Origin: an uncultured Clostridia bacterium
GTDB taxonomy: Bacteria; Bacillota_I; Bacilli_A; RF39; UBA660
Length of the DNA: 64,000 nt
Assembly (NCBI GenBank): GCA_946619755.1
Contig: CAMOMI010000001.1
Location: forward strand, 33,441-97,440
Reading direction: 5' to 3'
The notes under the pieces are model-generated. The model did not search any database. It was given only the letters and a program-made list of their open reading frames with translations, and was not told the origin of the DNA. Both the position numbers and the translations under genes were made by a program. Positions 9,500-19,429 of this stretch are shown here, piece after piece. Each line of letters begins with the position of its first letter. Position 1 is the stretch's first letter.

Positions 9500-9814
9500 C
9501 TATTTTAATTCTCTTATATATTTTTTTAGTTGCTTAGCATCAGGACCAAAGATAATCTTTAATTGATCATCTATTTCAACCACTCCTTGTGCCCCCAATT
9601 TAATAATTCCTTCTTTATTTGCTTTAGTAATATCTTTCAAAGTAACTTTAAATCTAGACATTTCCATCTCAGTTTCAAGAATATTATCTTTACCACCTAA
9701 TAGTTCTACAAGTTTATTAAACTCAAGAGCTAAATCTTTTCTGTTACTTTTAACAATCGCAAAAGCAATAATTAAGAAAAATACTATTATAAAAGCATAT
9801 TGATACCATTCCAT
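9500..9814 (-). CDS. membrane-anchored PTS EIIB(Glc)-like domain protein with the phospho-accepting Cys replaced by Glu (pseudo-EIIB)
   Basis: LVELLGGKDNILETEMEMSRFKVTLKDITKANKEGIIKLGAQGVV aligns along its length with PtsG IIB [45 protein letters not shown]; the Cys column is E. N-terminal single TM. Start set to ATG 9814 (GAGGTG RBS 6 nt upstream). Confidence 0.65.
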   Translation of the reverse strand: MEWYQYAFIIVFFLIIAFAIVKSNRKDLALEFNKLVELLGGKDNILETEMEMSRFKVTLKDITKANKEGIIKLGAQGVVEIDDQLKIIFGPDAKQLKKYIRELK

Positions 9815-9920
9815 GTTACACACCTCTATTTAAATTATACAATAAAATAAAAAATATAACAATAATATTGTCTAAAATAATCAAATTTGATATAATTAAA
9901 AAAGTAAAGGTGGTAGTAAA

Positions 9921-11240
9921 ATGAAGAAATTAAGTTTTCAAAAAATATTCTGCTTTTTAAGTTTTTTATTTATCTTATCATGTTGTGTCTTTTATGGTTC
10001 TAGATTTATAAAATTATACTTACAAAACAGAAAAATAGAAATTGAAGAAAAGAATTCTTTAATCAAGGTATTAAAGGAAAACAATATGGATAATGAATAT
10101 TTTAAATCAGTAAATGGTCAAAACTATTTTACTAGTAAAACTGATAATAATTATCTTCTTTATTCCGGTATTATATGGCGAATTATTAAAGTAAATGATG
10201 ATAATTCACTAACTGCTATTAGTGAAAATGCTATTTCATCACTAGCTTATGGCAAAGACAATAAGTTTAATGAATCACATATCTTTAATTGGTTAAATAA
10301 AAATGATAGTGATTATTCAGGTATTTTAGAAAAAAATTTAAACAATATTGATAAGTATTTACAAAAAACAACTTCTTGTACTGATTCATTAGATGAATTA
10401 TCTAATAATCCATGTAAAGAAAGCAATACAGATAATTACTTCACCCTATTATCAGTTATTGATTACTTAAATATTGGTTCTAAAGATAGTTATTTAGTTA
10501 ATGATGAATACTTTTATTTAAGCAACACTAACAATGAAAATAAAGTTTGGTATATTGATGATAGTGGTAAATCAAATCTAAGTACAGGTAATGATATTTT
10601 AGGTGTAAGACCAGTTATTACTATCAAAGCAAATATTGATTATGTAAGTGGTAATGGTACCATTAATAATCCTTATTTGATTGAAAAAGATAATGGCCTA
10701 TTTGGTAGCTATGTTAAATTAGGTAATGATATTTGGCGTATTTATGATATTAACGATAATGAAATTAAACTAATGCTAAATGATTATTTAAAAGTTAATG
10801 GCACTAATTTATCATACCGCTATTCAACTTCTACATCATATCATAATGATACTATACCAGGAAGTATCGCATACTACTTAAATAACAATTATTTAAATAG
10901 TTTAAGTTATAAAGATAAAATAAAAGAAACCAAATGGTCAAATGGTTATTATAATAGTACAACTGATTTTGATTATTCAAATTCTTTAAAAGAAACAGTT
11001 GACACCAAAGTAGCCCTAATGAGTGTTGGTAATATCTTTTTAAATAGTGAGCTAAATAATTATTTTACAATGACTGGTTCCGCAAATAGATCAAGCATGG
11101 TGTATACAACTCAAAAAAATGCTAAATTATACACAAAACAAATAGGCACTAGTCTAAATGTTGTTCCAACAATTGCTGTTGATAAAAATATATTAACAAA
11201 AGGAAATGGTACTAAAGATAGTCCATTTGAAATGGAGTAA
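9921..11240 (+). CDS. hypothetical secreted/membrane-anchored Asn-rich protein
   Basis: N-terminal hydrophobic anchor FCFLSFLFILSCCVF; 439 aa, no catalytic motif recognised; 4-nt gap to next gene. Confidence 0.5.
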   Translation: MKKLSFQKIFCFLSFLFILSCCVFYGSRFIKLYLQNRKIEIEEKNSLIKVLKENNMDNEYFKSVNGQNYFTSKTDNNYLLYSGIIWRIIKVNDDNSLTAISENAISSLAYGKDNKFNESHIFNWLNKNDSDYSGILEKNLNNIDKYLQKTTSCTDSLDELSNNPCKESNTDNYFTLLSVIDYLNIGSKDSYLVNDEYFYLSNTNNENKVWYIDDSGKSNLSTGNDILGVRPVITIKANIDYVSGNGTINNPYLIEKDNGLFGSYVKLGNDIWRIYDINDNEIKLMLNDYLKVNGTNLSYRYSTSTSYHNDTIPGSIAYYLNNNYLNSLSYKDKIKETKWSNGYYNSTTDFDYSNSLKETVDTKVALMSVGNIFLNSELNNYFTMTGSANRSSMVYTTQKNAKLYTKQIGTSLNVVPTIAVDKNILTKGNGTKDSPFEME

Positions 11241-11244
11241 TATT

Positions 11245-12282
11245 ATGAAGAAACACAGAAAGAAAAAGAAAAAAATAAATAAATTAACTATTCTCTTTAT
11301 TATTTTAGATATCCTTGCTATTGGCGGATTTATAATGATGTATGGCCCATGGGATACTGTTAGGAACTTTTATGTCACAACTGCTATGAAAACCAAAGAT
11401 CATAAATACTTTGCTAACATTTTCTACAATGATAAAACTATTGAAAAAATATTAAATAGTAACTACTTCGTTGAAATTAAAGAAGATGTAAAACTAGATG
11501 ATATTGTTATTGATACTGCGCCTAAATCAAGTTATGATAATAAATATGATGAAGAAATATTAACACGTACTCCGGGAAATAATGACTACAAAATTATTAA
11601 TATTAAAGTTGGTATATCAAAGGGATACCTAATTGCCATTTATGATCCAACTAAAGTATCCCTAATAAGAGCAAAAAATTTCAACATTGGCAGATATGGT
11701 GAACAAGTAACAGCCATGTGTAATCGATATAATGCATCTGTATGTATCAATGGCGGTGGTTTTGAAGATCCTGCTGGAACTGGATCTGACATTCCTCTTG
11801 GTTACGTAATTGATGATGGTGAAATTGTTTGGCCAGCAAGTGGTTGGGATACTAATACTGGTAATTTAATTGGTTTTAATGGTGAAGGAAAATTACTATT
11901 ATTGGCAGATTCTACCGGTACAGCAGCTCTTGAAGCTGGTATGATGGACGGCCTTGAATTTGGTCCATTCCTAATTGTTAATGGTAAACCAATTGAAATT
12001 GTTGGTGATCCTTGGGGTAAATCTCCAAGAGTAGCCATTGGCCAAAGAAAAGATGGAGTTGTACTATTTTTAGTAATTGATGGAGAAAACTATATAGATG
12101 GTGCTTCATTAAGTGATGTTGTTGATGTCTTTACAAAATATGGTGCATACAATGCTGCCAACTTAGATGGAGGACACTCTTCATCACTATCAATAAATGG
12201 TAGCTTATACAACAATCCACCAGCCATTGCTAAAAGACAAGGTGGAAGATATGTTGTAAGTGGATTTGGATTAATGAAATAA
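11245..12282 (+). CDS. phosphodiester glycosidase family protein (NAGPA/DUF2233 domain), membrane-anchored
   Basis: NGGGFEDPAGTG ... AIGQRKDGVVLFLVIDG ... ANLDGGHSSSL: signature boxes of the NAGPA 'uncovering enzyme'-like domain; poly-Lys N-terminus then TM; start ATG 11245 with GGAG RBS. Confidence 0.7.
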   Translation: MKKHRKKKKKINKLTILFIILDILAIGGFIMMYGPWDTVRNFYVTTAMKTKDHKYFANIFYNDKTIEKILNSNYFVEIKEDVKLDDIVIDTAPKSSYDNKYDEEILTRTPGNNDYKIINIKVGISKGYLIAIYDPTKVSLIRAKNFNIGRYGEQVTAMCNRYNASVCINGGGFEDPAGTGSDIPLGYVIDDGEIVWPASGWDTNTGNLIGFNGEGKLLLLADSTGTAALEAGMMDGLEFGPFLIVNGKPIEIVGDPWGKSPRVAIGQRKDGVVLFLVIDGENYIDGASLSDVVDVFTKYGAYNAANLDGGHSSSLSINGSLYNNPPAIAKRQGGRYVVSGFGLMK

Positions 12283-12316
12283 AAACTTCAGAAGTTATTC
12301 TTCTGAAGTTTTTTCT
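12282..12316. terminator. bidirectional rho-independent terminator between 11245..12282 (+) and recA (-)
   Basis: Perfect 11-bp stem aacttcagaag / cttctgaagtt with loop ttatt, flanked by A-run and T-run. Confidence 0.6.
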
Positions 12317-13332
12317 TTACTTTTTTTATCCTTATTCTTACTTATACCATAATGCTCACGAACTAAAGTTTCAATTTCATTTCTAAAATCTTGATTACTA
12401 GCAAATAACAATTTAACATTTTCTCTTCCTTGAGCTAATTTTTCTCCCTTATAAGAATACCATGCGCCACTTTTTTCAATTATATTAGCTTCGGCTGCCA
12501 AATCTACAAGTTCACCATTTTGACTAACACCTTCACCATACATAATATCAACAGTGGCACTCTTAAATGGCGGTGCTACTTTATTTTTTACAACTTTAAT
12601 ATTAGTCCTATTACCAATAACATCAGTACCATTCTTTATCTGTTCTCCTCTTCTTATATCTAATCTAACTGAAGAATAATACTTTAATGCCTTACCACCT
12701 GGTGTCGTTTCAGGATTACCAAACATAACACCAACTTTTTCTCTTAATTGATTAATAAATATAACAATTGTATTTGTTTTATTAATTGAACCAGATAATT
12801 TTCTTAAAGCTTGCGACATAAGTCTTGCTTGAAGTCCTACATGACTATCCCCCATCTCGCCATCAATTTCTGCTTGTGGTACTAAAGCCGCTACTGAATC
12901 AATTACAATTATACTTACAGCTTCACTCTTAACAAGCGCATCACATATCTCTAATGCCTGTTCTCCAGTATCTGGTTGACTAAGTAATAATTCATCAATA
13001 TTTACTCCTAAATTACTTGCATAAACCGGATCTAATGAATGTTCTGCATCGATAAACGCTGCTCTTCCGCCAGTCTTTTGCACTTCGGCGATGGCATGTA
13101 ATGCAAATGTCGTCTTACCAGAAGATTCTGGACCATATATTTCAATAATCCTTCCCTTAGGATATCCACCAACGCCTAAAGCTATATCTAAAGAAATAGA
13201 ACCACTAGGTACCACATCTATCTCCATATTTTTTTGTTCCCCTAATTTCATTATTGCCCCTTTACCAAATTGCTTCTCAATATCTGCTAATACTTGTTCT
13301 AAGGCTTTATCTTTTTCTACTGTCTTACTCAT
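12295..13332 (-). CDS. recA: recombinase RecA
   Basis: [33 protein letters not shown]..., Walker [10 protein letters not shown], full-length 345 aa. Confidence 0.95.
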   Translation of the reverse strand: MSKTVEKDKALEQVLADIEKQFGKGAIMKLGEQKNMEIDVVPSGSISLDIALGVGGYPKGRIIEIYGPESSGKTTFALHAIAEVQKTGGRAAFIDAEHSLDPVYASNLGVNIDELLLSQPDTGEQALEICDALVKSEAVSIIVIDSVAALVPQAEIDGEMGDSHVGLQARLMSQALRKLSGSINKTNTIVIFINQLREKVGVMFGNPETTPGGKALKYYSSVRLDIRRGEQIKNGTDVIGNRTNIKVVKNKVAPPFKSATVDIMYGEGVSQNGELVDLAAEANIIEKSGAWYSYKGEKLAQGRENVKLLFASNQDFRNEIETLVREHYGISKNKDKKSKEKTSEE

Positions 13333-13396
13333 TATTTCCTCCTCTAATATCAGTACATTCTTATTATATAATGGTTTTTTTTATTTGTCAATACTT

Positions 13397-13418
13397 TTTA
13401 CAAACAATTGTTTGTAAA
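13397..13418. promoter_or_regulatory. perfect 22-bp palindrome TTTACAAACAATTGTTTGTAAA about 65-85 bp upstream of recA; candidate LexA/SOS-type operator variant
   Basis: Perfect dyad with AAAC-N4-GTTT core resembling the Firmicute Cheo box GAAC-N4-GTTC with G->A in each half-site. Confidence 0.3.
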
Positions 13419-13473
13419 AACTGTGAGATCATATATTCAAATACTTAAAAATTGTTATTATCTAATTACAAAT

Positions 13474-13505
13474 AATAAAAAAACAAGAAGTTTTAACCTC
13501 TTGTT
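13474..13505 (-). terminator. rho-independent terminator for LtaS-family gene 13505..15445
   Basis: On the minus strand: aacaagagg-ttaaaa-cttcttgtt followed by TTTTTTT, immediately after the stop codon. Confidence 0.45.
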
Positions 13506-15445
13506 TAATTCAATTTTGGTATTAAATCATATGTAATAATATTATTAGATACTTCGATAATATCATCGGCATACTCACTTCTTTTACTAATATAATCATC
13601 TGAAATAACACCACTCGATAAAGTATATGCTTCATTATTTTTTGCACTATAATATATCTTATCTGTTATATATGAACTATCTCTAAATACTATAATACCA
13701 TCTTCTTTTTTAATACTCATGACATCTTGACCTAAAGCATATTTATTATATACATTTAACATATTACCAAGTGTTGGTAAAACATCAATCATTCCCATTG
13801 GTGTATTAATATTTTTGCTAGTCTTCATATCTTTAGTCCAAATAATAAATGGTACTCTTCTAGACAATTCATAATCATAATCATTAAACTCAGTATAATC
13901 ATCATCTAAAGAAGTAAGTACTTTATCAGTAACTGGATCATAATTATACATATAATCAAATTGACCCTTACTCATTCTAGCATCATGATCACCATAAATA
14001 ACAATTACAGTATCATCGAGCAACCCTTCTTTATCCATATCATTTATAAAATTGCCAATCGCCTTATCCATATAATTAACTGATTTAATATACCTACCCA
14101 TCATAGTATTTTCTAAATAATCTCTTTTAACTTCTACGCCGTCTATATTAACAGTTTTAGAAACATCAAAGTTACTATATTTATAGGCATCTTTCCAAGG
14201 AGTATGATTAGTAAGTGTAATAAGTGTGCCATAAAATGGTCCAGGAACTTCTTCGCTAATTTCTTTAATTTTTGGTACAACTTGTCTAAAGAATGACTCA
14301 TCTGATAATCCTAAACCATATTCTTCATCAACTACAAAAGAACTTTTTGAATAAAACTTATCATATCCCATATTCATATGCATTGTTTCTCTATTCCAAA
14401 AATCTCCTACATTGCCATGCATACTAAAGACATAATATCCTTTATTTTTAAGTAAATTCTGCATAGTTACAAACTTATCATTATAATAATTTACAAAAAC
14501 AGTTCCATTATTTGAAGGAAGTAAACTAGTTGCAAAAGTAAATTCAGTATCTGAACTTGTTCCAACACCAACCTGAGCATAAAAATTATCAAAATACATT
14601 CCAGAATTAATTAGTTTATTTAAATTAGGGGTAACTTCTTTGTCATTAAACTTAAGTCCTATTGTAAAACCTTGCAAACTTTCTGCATGAATAACAATAA
14701 CATTTTTTCCTTCAAATATACCAGTATATTCATTCTTCTTTAATATTTTTTTATTTTCGTTATAATATTCATTCGTATCTTTTAAAGCCTTATCATAACC
14801 AAAAATATTATTAAATGTTGGTCTTAAGCTTTGAACTAAATCATCTACTTGATAAACATAAGGTCCCCAACTATCAAAAACCATTACTCTATTCCATAAT
14901 TTATACAATCTACTAAAAGACGTATATGGTGGTAATGCGCATCCAATAACCATTAATATTAAAGATATCCAAAGAAATACAGAATATTTTTTCTTATTAT
15001 CTCTTTCTCCAATTTTATTTTTCTTTATAACCCAAAACATAGTTATTAATAACCATAAGTATGAAAAATCGCAAGGTCTAACCACCATTTCAACAATAGC
15101 ATCACCAACATCTTTCACAAAAACAGACGTTGCTAACAAAGATACTGATATAAAAGAATTATAATAGTTATAATAAAGTGAATTAGCTACACATATTACC
15201 ACCATAAAAAAAGTAGTTATTCCATAAAATAAATTTTTTCTTTTGACTAATAATGATAATCCAGCTAAAACAAGAATAAAAGCCATATCAAAAAAAATTG
15301 ATCTAACTTGAAAATGCCCTGTCGTAAATAATCTTACTAATATTGCATTAATAAAATTCCCTACAATATAAATACTCATAACTGGATATCTATCCTTAAA
15401 TTTCCTTATCTTATCAAAAAAATTATTAATATTAATATTCTTCAT
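13505..15445 (-). CDS. LtaS-family lipoteichoic acid synthase/primase (5-TM + extracellular sulfatase-fold domain)
   Basis: N-terminal polytopic segment, then sulfatase domain with catalytic Thr box AQVGVGTSSDTEF (cf. S. aureus LtaS GTSADAEF). Confidence 0.85.
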   Translation of the reverse strand: MKNININNFFDKIRKFKDRYPVMSIYIVGNFINAILVRLFTTGHFQVRSIFFDMAFILVLAGLSLLVKRKNLFYGITTFFMVVICVANSLYYNYYNSFISVSLLATSVFVKDVGDAIVEMVVRPCDFSYLWLLITMFWVIKKNKIGERDNKKKYSVFLWISLILMVIGCALPPYTSFSRLYKLWNRVMVFDSWGPYVYQVDDLVQSLRPTFNNIFGYDKALKDTNEYYNENKKILKKNEYTGIFEGKNVIVIHAESLQGFTIGLKFNDKEVTPNLNKLINSGMYFDNFYAQVGVGTSSDTEFTFATSLLPSNNGTVFVNYYNDKFVTMQNLLKNKGYYVFSMHGNVGDFWNRETMHMNMGYDKFYSKSSFVVDEEYGLGLSDESFFRQVVPKIKEISEEVPGPFYGTLITLTNHTPWKDAYKYSNFDVSKTVNIDGVEVKRDYLENTMMGRYIKSVNYMDKAIGNFINDMDKEGLLDDTVIVIYGDHDARMSKGQFDYMYNYDPVTDKVLTSLDDDYTEFNDYDYELSRRVPFIIWTKDMKTSKNINTPMGMIDVLPTLGNMLNVYNKYALGQDVMSIKKEDGIIVFRDSSYITDKIYYSAKNNEAYTLSSGVISDDYISKRSEYADDIIEVSNNIITYDLIPKLN

Positions 15446-15580
15446 AACACAACACCTTTTTTACACATACACATTATACCATATTTTTGTAAAATAAACT
15501 ATCCTTTATTTACTTGATAAACATTTAATGTTATAATTAACATACGATTATTATTTAAAATAATAAATAAGGTGGTAAAA

Positions 15581-17587
15581 ATGAAAGTATCAAAGAAAAA
15601 GAAGAAGAAAAAAATAACCAAAAAGCAAATTATTTGCTTCTTAAAATTTATTTTTGATAAAATAGTTACTTTTTTATATAAATATAAATATATTTTCATA
15701 ATGATATTACCATTTATTGCTATGGATATAATTACTAGATTATTTGGAAGTAGTATTAATTTTTATAAAACATATCGCCTTCCTCCTAATCTATTTACTA
15801 TATCATGGACAATATTATTTATTGGTTTATCACTAAGTTTTAGCAAAAAAATTGGTAAAAGATTATATTTGATATTTAATATTATTTTTTTAGCTATGTT
15901 TTTAACTAACAACGTATACTTTTCAATGACTAAAACGTTTTTTGATTTTAACTTAATTGAATCAGCTTCTGAAGGTGCTCCTTATATTCTTGACGCCTTA
16001 AAGAACTGTAATATTCTAGTATATATAGCCTTTACTTTTATTATTATTTTAATATATTACGGTTATAAACACATTCCCTATAAAACTAAGGGAAATAAAA
16101 AAATATTTATATATACTATTATACTTTTCTTAATTATTCATACAATTACACCATTTACCTTAGGTAAAGCTAATCAAGAATTAACTTGGTCTTCATGGCG
16201 TAATCCAAGAAATATTTATAATTCGTTTAATGATAGCAACAAAAGTTTTAAAGTTAGTGGATTATATGAATATACCATTAGAAATTTTTATATCACGTTT
16301 TTAAAAACCGAATCTGAAGAAAATAGTGAAGATATTGAATTTCTAAATCTAGCTTTCGAGAATATTGAAACCCATAAAAATAAATATACTGGTATCTTTA
16401 AAGATAAGAATTTGATATTTGTCCAACTTGAAGGTTTAGATACATGGCTTATGACTGAAGAAGATACACCAACATTTATGAAAATGAAAAATAATGCTTA
16501 TGTTTTTAATAATCACTTCTCATATTATAATGGTGGTGGATCAACATTTAATTCAGAATTTGCCGTTAACACTGGTTTTATCACTCCATTATCTTATACT
16601 CAAAACGCATATACTTTTAACAAAAATTATTTTCCATATTCAATGGCACATTTGTTTAAAAACTTAGGTTATATAGTTAATGCTTTTCATATGAATAGTG
16701 GTGAATATTATTCACGAACAGTTAATTATAAAAATTGGGGATACGACAATTATTATGGCTTAAAAGATATGTTTGATTATTCCGATAACACTCACACCTT
16801 AGATAGAGAATTAGTTTTAAATGAAACCTTTAATGAACTAATGTTCCCAGAAGAAGGAAAATTCGTAGATTACGTTATTGCCTACTCTAGCCATTTGCCT
16901 TTTACTAATACTAAAGGCGTATGTAAATTATTGTACGATTTAGATCACGCTCCCGTAGAAACCGATGAAAACAAAAATAATGATAGTGAAACTACAGAAA
17001 CTGATACCAAGAAAGCTGAAGAAATAGTTAGAGAACCAATGACAGAAGAAGAATGCGCTCGTCGCCAAGCTAAAGAAACCGACTATATGATGGAATTAAT
17101 CTTACAAAATCTTGAAGAAAAGAATTTATCAGATAATACCATTGTTATCGTATTTACTGACCATTATTTATATACCATTGAAGATAAATCAATATTAGAT
17201 AGATATAAGGAAACCAGCAACAACCTAATTAACAAAACGCCATTCTTTATTTACAGTAAGAATACTAAAAAGACTAACATTAATAAAGTAACTTCTCAAT
17301 TAAATATTTTGCCAACAGTTTTAAATCTATGGGGAATTGATTATAGTTCAAATAATTATATTGGCAAAGATGCTCTAGATCCTAAATATGAAGGAATCGT
17401 CTTCTTTAGTGACTACTCTTGGTATGATGGTAATGTTTATGTTGCCAATGGTGAAATAACTAATGGTAAATCAATCTCATATGATAAATTAGAAGAAAAG
17501 AACTTCTATGTAAGTAATATGACAAAAAAGAACGATTTGGCTCTAAAATATAATTATTTTAAGAAGAAAAATAATGAAGATCATTAA
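15581..17587 (+). CDS. second LtaS-family enzyme (paralog), with acidic insertion
   Basis: 5 TM + sulfatase domain, catalytic box NGGGSTFNSEF; Glu/Asp/Thr-rich insertion ETDENKNNDSETTETDTKKAEE; start set to ATG 15581 after AAGGTGG RBS; poly-Lys N-terminus. Confidence 0.8.
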   Translation: MKVSKKKKKKKITKKQIICFLKFIFDKIVTFLYKYKYIFIMILPFIAMDIITRLFGSSINFYKTYRLPPNLFTISWTILFIGLSLSFSKKIGKRLYLIFNIIFLAMFLTNNVYFSMTKTFFDFNLIESASEGAPYILDALKNCNILVYIAFTFIIILIYYGYKHIPYKTKGNKKIFIYTIILFLIIHTITPFTLGKANQELTWSSWRNPRNIYNSFNDSNKSFKVSGLYEYTIRNFYITFLKTESEENSEDIEFLNLAFENIETHKNKYTGIFKDKNLIFVQLEGLDTWLMTEEDTPTFMKMKNNAYVFNNHFSYYNGGGSTFNSEFAVNTGFITPLSYTQNAYTFNKNYFPYSMAHLFKNLGYIVNAFHMNSGEYYSRTVNYKNWGYDNYYGLKDMFDYSDNTHTLDRELVLNETFNELMFPEEGKFVDYVIAYSSHLPFTNTKGVCKLLYDLDHAPVETDENKNNDSETTETDTKKAEEIVREPMTEEECARRQAKETDYMMELILQNLEEKNLSDNTIVIVFTDHYLYTIEDKSILDRYKETSNNLINKTPFFIYSKNTKKTNINKVTSQLNILPTVLNLWGIDYSSNNYIGKDALDPKYEGIVFFSDYSWYDGNVYVANGEITNGKSISYDKLEEKNFYVSNMTKKNDLALKYNYFKKKNNEDH

Positions 17588-17594
17588 ATCTTCA

Positions 17595-17786
17595 TTATTT
17601 TAATTTTCTATATAAAATATATATTGCTAATGATAAAAAGATAAATGTATATAAAAGCGTAATTATGAAAATACATATTTTTAATAAGGATTTATTTTTT
17701 ATCTTCTTTTTTAAATAATTAACTGGTTTTAAATAAAACGTTGTCCCAAAACCTTCATTATAGAATTGATCTATATATTCCTTCAT
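17595..17786 (-). CDS. small membrane protein (63 aa) translationally coupled to the upstream GT2 synthase; candidate IcaD/PgaD-like accessory subunit
   Basis: ATG 1 nt after the GT2 stop; hydrophilic N-terminus then one TM (ICIFIITLLYTFIFLSLAIYILY); called by position and topology only. Confidence 0.4.
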   Translation of the reverse strand: MKEYIDQFYNEGFGTTFYLKPVNYLKKKIKNKSLLKICIFIITLLYTFIFLSLAIYILYRKLK

Positions 17787-17787
17787 C

Positions 17788-19302
17788 TTACCCTACCTTA
17801 TTAAGGTCATCAATTGTAACCTTACTTTCATGAGGAATTGGCTTCCATTCTACCTTTTTAAATAGAGCTATATAAATCGTATATCTACCAATAATATCAA
17901 AAGTTGGCCAAGTAAATACATAAAGTAACTTCTTCCAAATGCTCATCTTTTTTATTCTAGCTTGTTCAACTATAAATAAGTATACAGCCATCCACATGCT
18001 TACAAAATAATTACCTATTCTATATAAGATTCTAAGCCAAATAGCAATTAACATAGCATACAACATTCCACCAATTCCTGGATCTAAATTAACTTTTATA
18101 TTTAAATATCTTCTAAGTAATTTAGCTAACCAAGTTCCACCGCCAAAAAGTGCTACTTCACTAATACCATTTGAATACACCATACATCCATATATAAAAA
18201 CCATAATTATAAGCCATCTACATAAATTAATAAATGATATTGGAGTAAGTTGAACCAATGTATCAAAAGAAGCAAATCGATGTCTAATTGATTCTAAAAA
18301 GTTGGACCAAAAACCAATTTTCTTTTGTTTTCTATTCATTACTTCCTTATCTTTATTCCAATTAGTTTTAATATATTTCTTACCCATAAAAATATTTATA
18401 AATAAATATGGACCAGACTCAGCAAACGCTTGTAGATGTCCTTTAGACCAACGAAGTCGCTGTCTTAAAGCCACCTTTAAGCTAACTGGTTGCTCATCAA
18501 AAAACTCTGCCTCATCCTGGTAAGTTATTTCATATCCTTGTGCTACTGCATCTGCCGTTAGCGCCCTATCTTCTGTAAGTGATGTATAATGCCAACCATC
18601 TTTAACGATTTCATTAGCAAATAAAAAGCCAGTTCCTTGAATATTGGTAGCTAAATGCAATACACTTCTAGCCCTATGATTAGTTCTAATAGATCTAATC
18701 CAATGAAGTGCATATGTCGAAGCAATCCAATTCTCGTCAAAATTTTTCGTATTCCTATAAGAAGTAATAATTTTACATCCCTCATCAAAAGCATCATTCA
18801 TTTTACTTATATAATCACTTTTTAAAAGATTATCAGCATCAAATACAAAAAAGCCTTCAAACTTATCTCTTCCATAGTCTTCTTCAATTTTTTCAAATAA
18901 ATATTCTAATGCATACCCTTTTGTTCTATGTTCAGAATCATTTCGTTCATAACAGATAGCTCCTTTATTTCTAGCTATCTCTGCTGTATTATCAGTACAA
19001 TTATCCGCTACTACAAATATCGTTAAAAGATCTTTAGGATAATCCTGTTTATTAATACTATCAATTAAATTACCAATAACATATTTTTCATTTCTTGCTG
19101 CAATAACAATTCCATATTTATGCTTTTTTTTGGCCTGTTTAAACTTTCTCGTAAAAAACATACCAATTACAAAGTAAAAAGTTTTATGAATTACTACTGC
19201 ACTTAAAATAGTTCCCAGAATATTATAAAAATTTTTACTAACTGGATACAAACTACCAATTGCCCTTAATAATGTATCAAAAAAATTACTTATTGCTTCC
19301 AT
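17788..19302 (-). CDS. processive family-2 glycosyltransferase (PgaC/IcaA/cellulose-synthase-like)
   Basis: GT-A domain with DxD boxes (VVADNCTDNT, FDADN) and the processive-synthase QRLRW motif; N-terminal TM plus ~4 C-terminal TMs. Confidence 0.8.
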   Translation of the reverse strand: MEAISNFFDTLLRAIGSLYPVSKNFYNILGTILSAVVIHKTFYFVIGMFFTRKFKQAKKKHKYGIVIAARNEKYVIGNLIDSINKQDYPKDLLTIFVVADNCTDNTAEIARNKGAICYERNDSEHRTKGYALEYLFEKIEEDYGRDKFEGFFVFDADNLLKSDYISKMNDAFDEGCKIITSYRNTKNFDENWIASTYALHWIRSIRTNHRARSVLHLATNIQGTGFLFANEIVKDGWHYTSLTEDRALTADAVAQGYEITYQDEAEFFDEQPVSLKVALRQRLRWSKGHLQAFAESGPYLFINIFMGKKYIKTNWNKDKEVMNRKQKKIGFWSNFLESIRHRFASFDTLVQLTPISFINLCRWLIIMVFIYGCMVYSNGISEVALFGGGTWLAKLLRRYLNIKVNLDPGIGGMLYAMLIAIWLRILYRIGNYFVSMWMAVYLFIVEQARIKKMSIWKKLLYVFTWPTFDIIGRYTIYIALFKKVEWKPIPHESKVTIDDLNKVG

Positions 19303-19429
19303 CTATACCTCTCTAACATAAATAAATTATACCACACATATTGGTTTAAGTAAAAACACTACTTTAATTTTACTAAAAAACTAATTAATTGTCTACATAA
19401 TATGATATAATTAACAAAAGGAGTAAAGC

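Noticed and set aside
15499-15699. 66-aa ORF on minus strand between the two LtaS genes
   Set aside because: It lies in the divergent promoter region, overlaps the LtaS2 start, and is poly-Phe/Lys low-complexity translated from T/A runs. No RBS.
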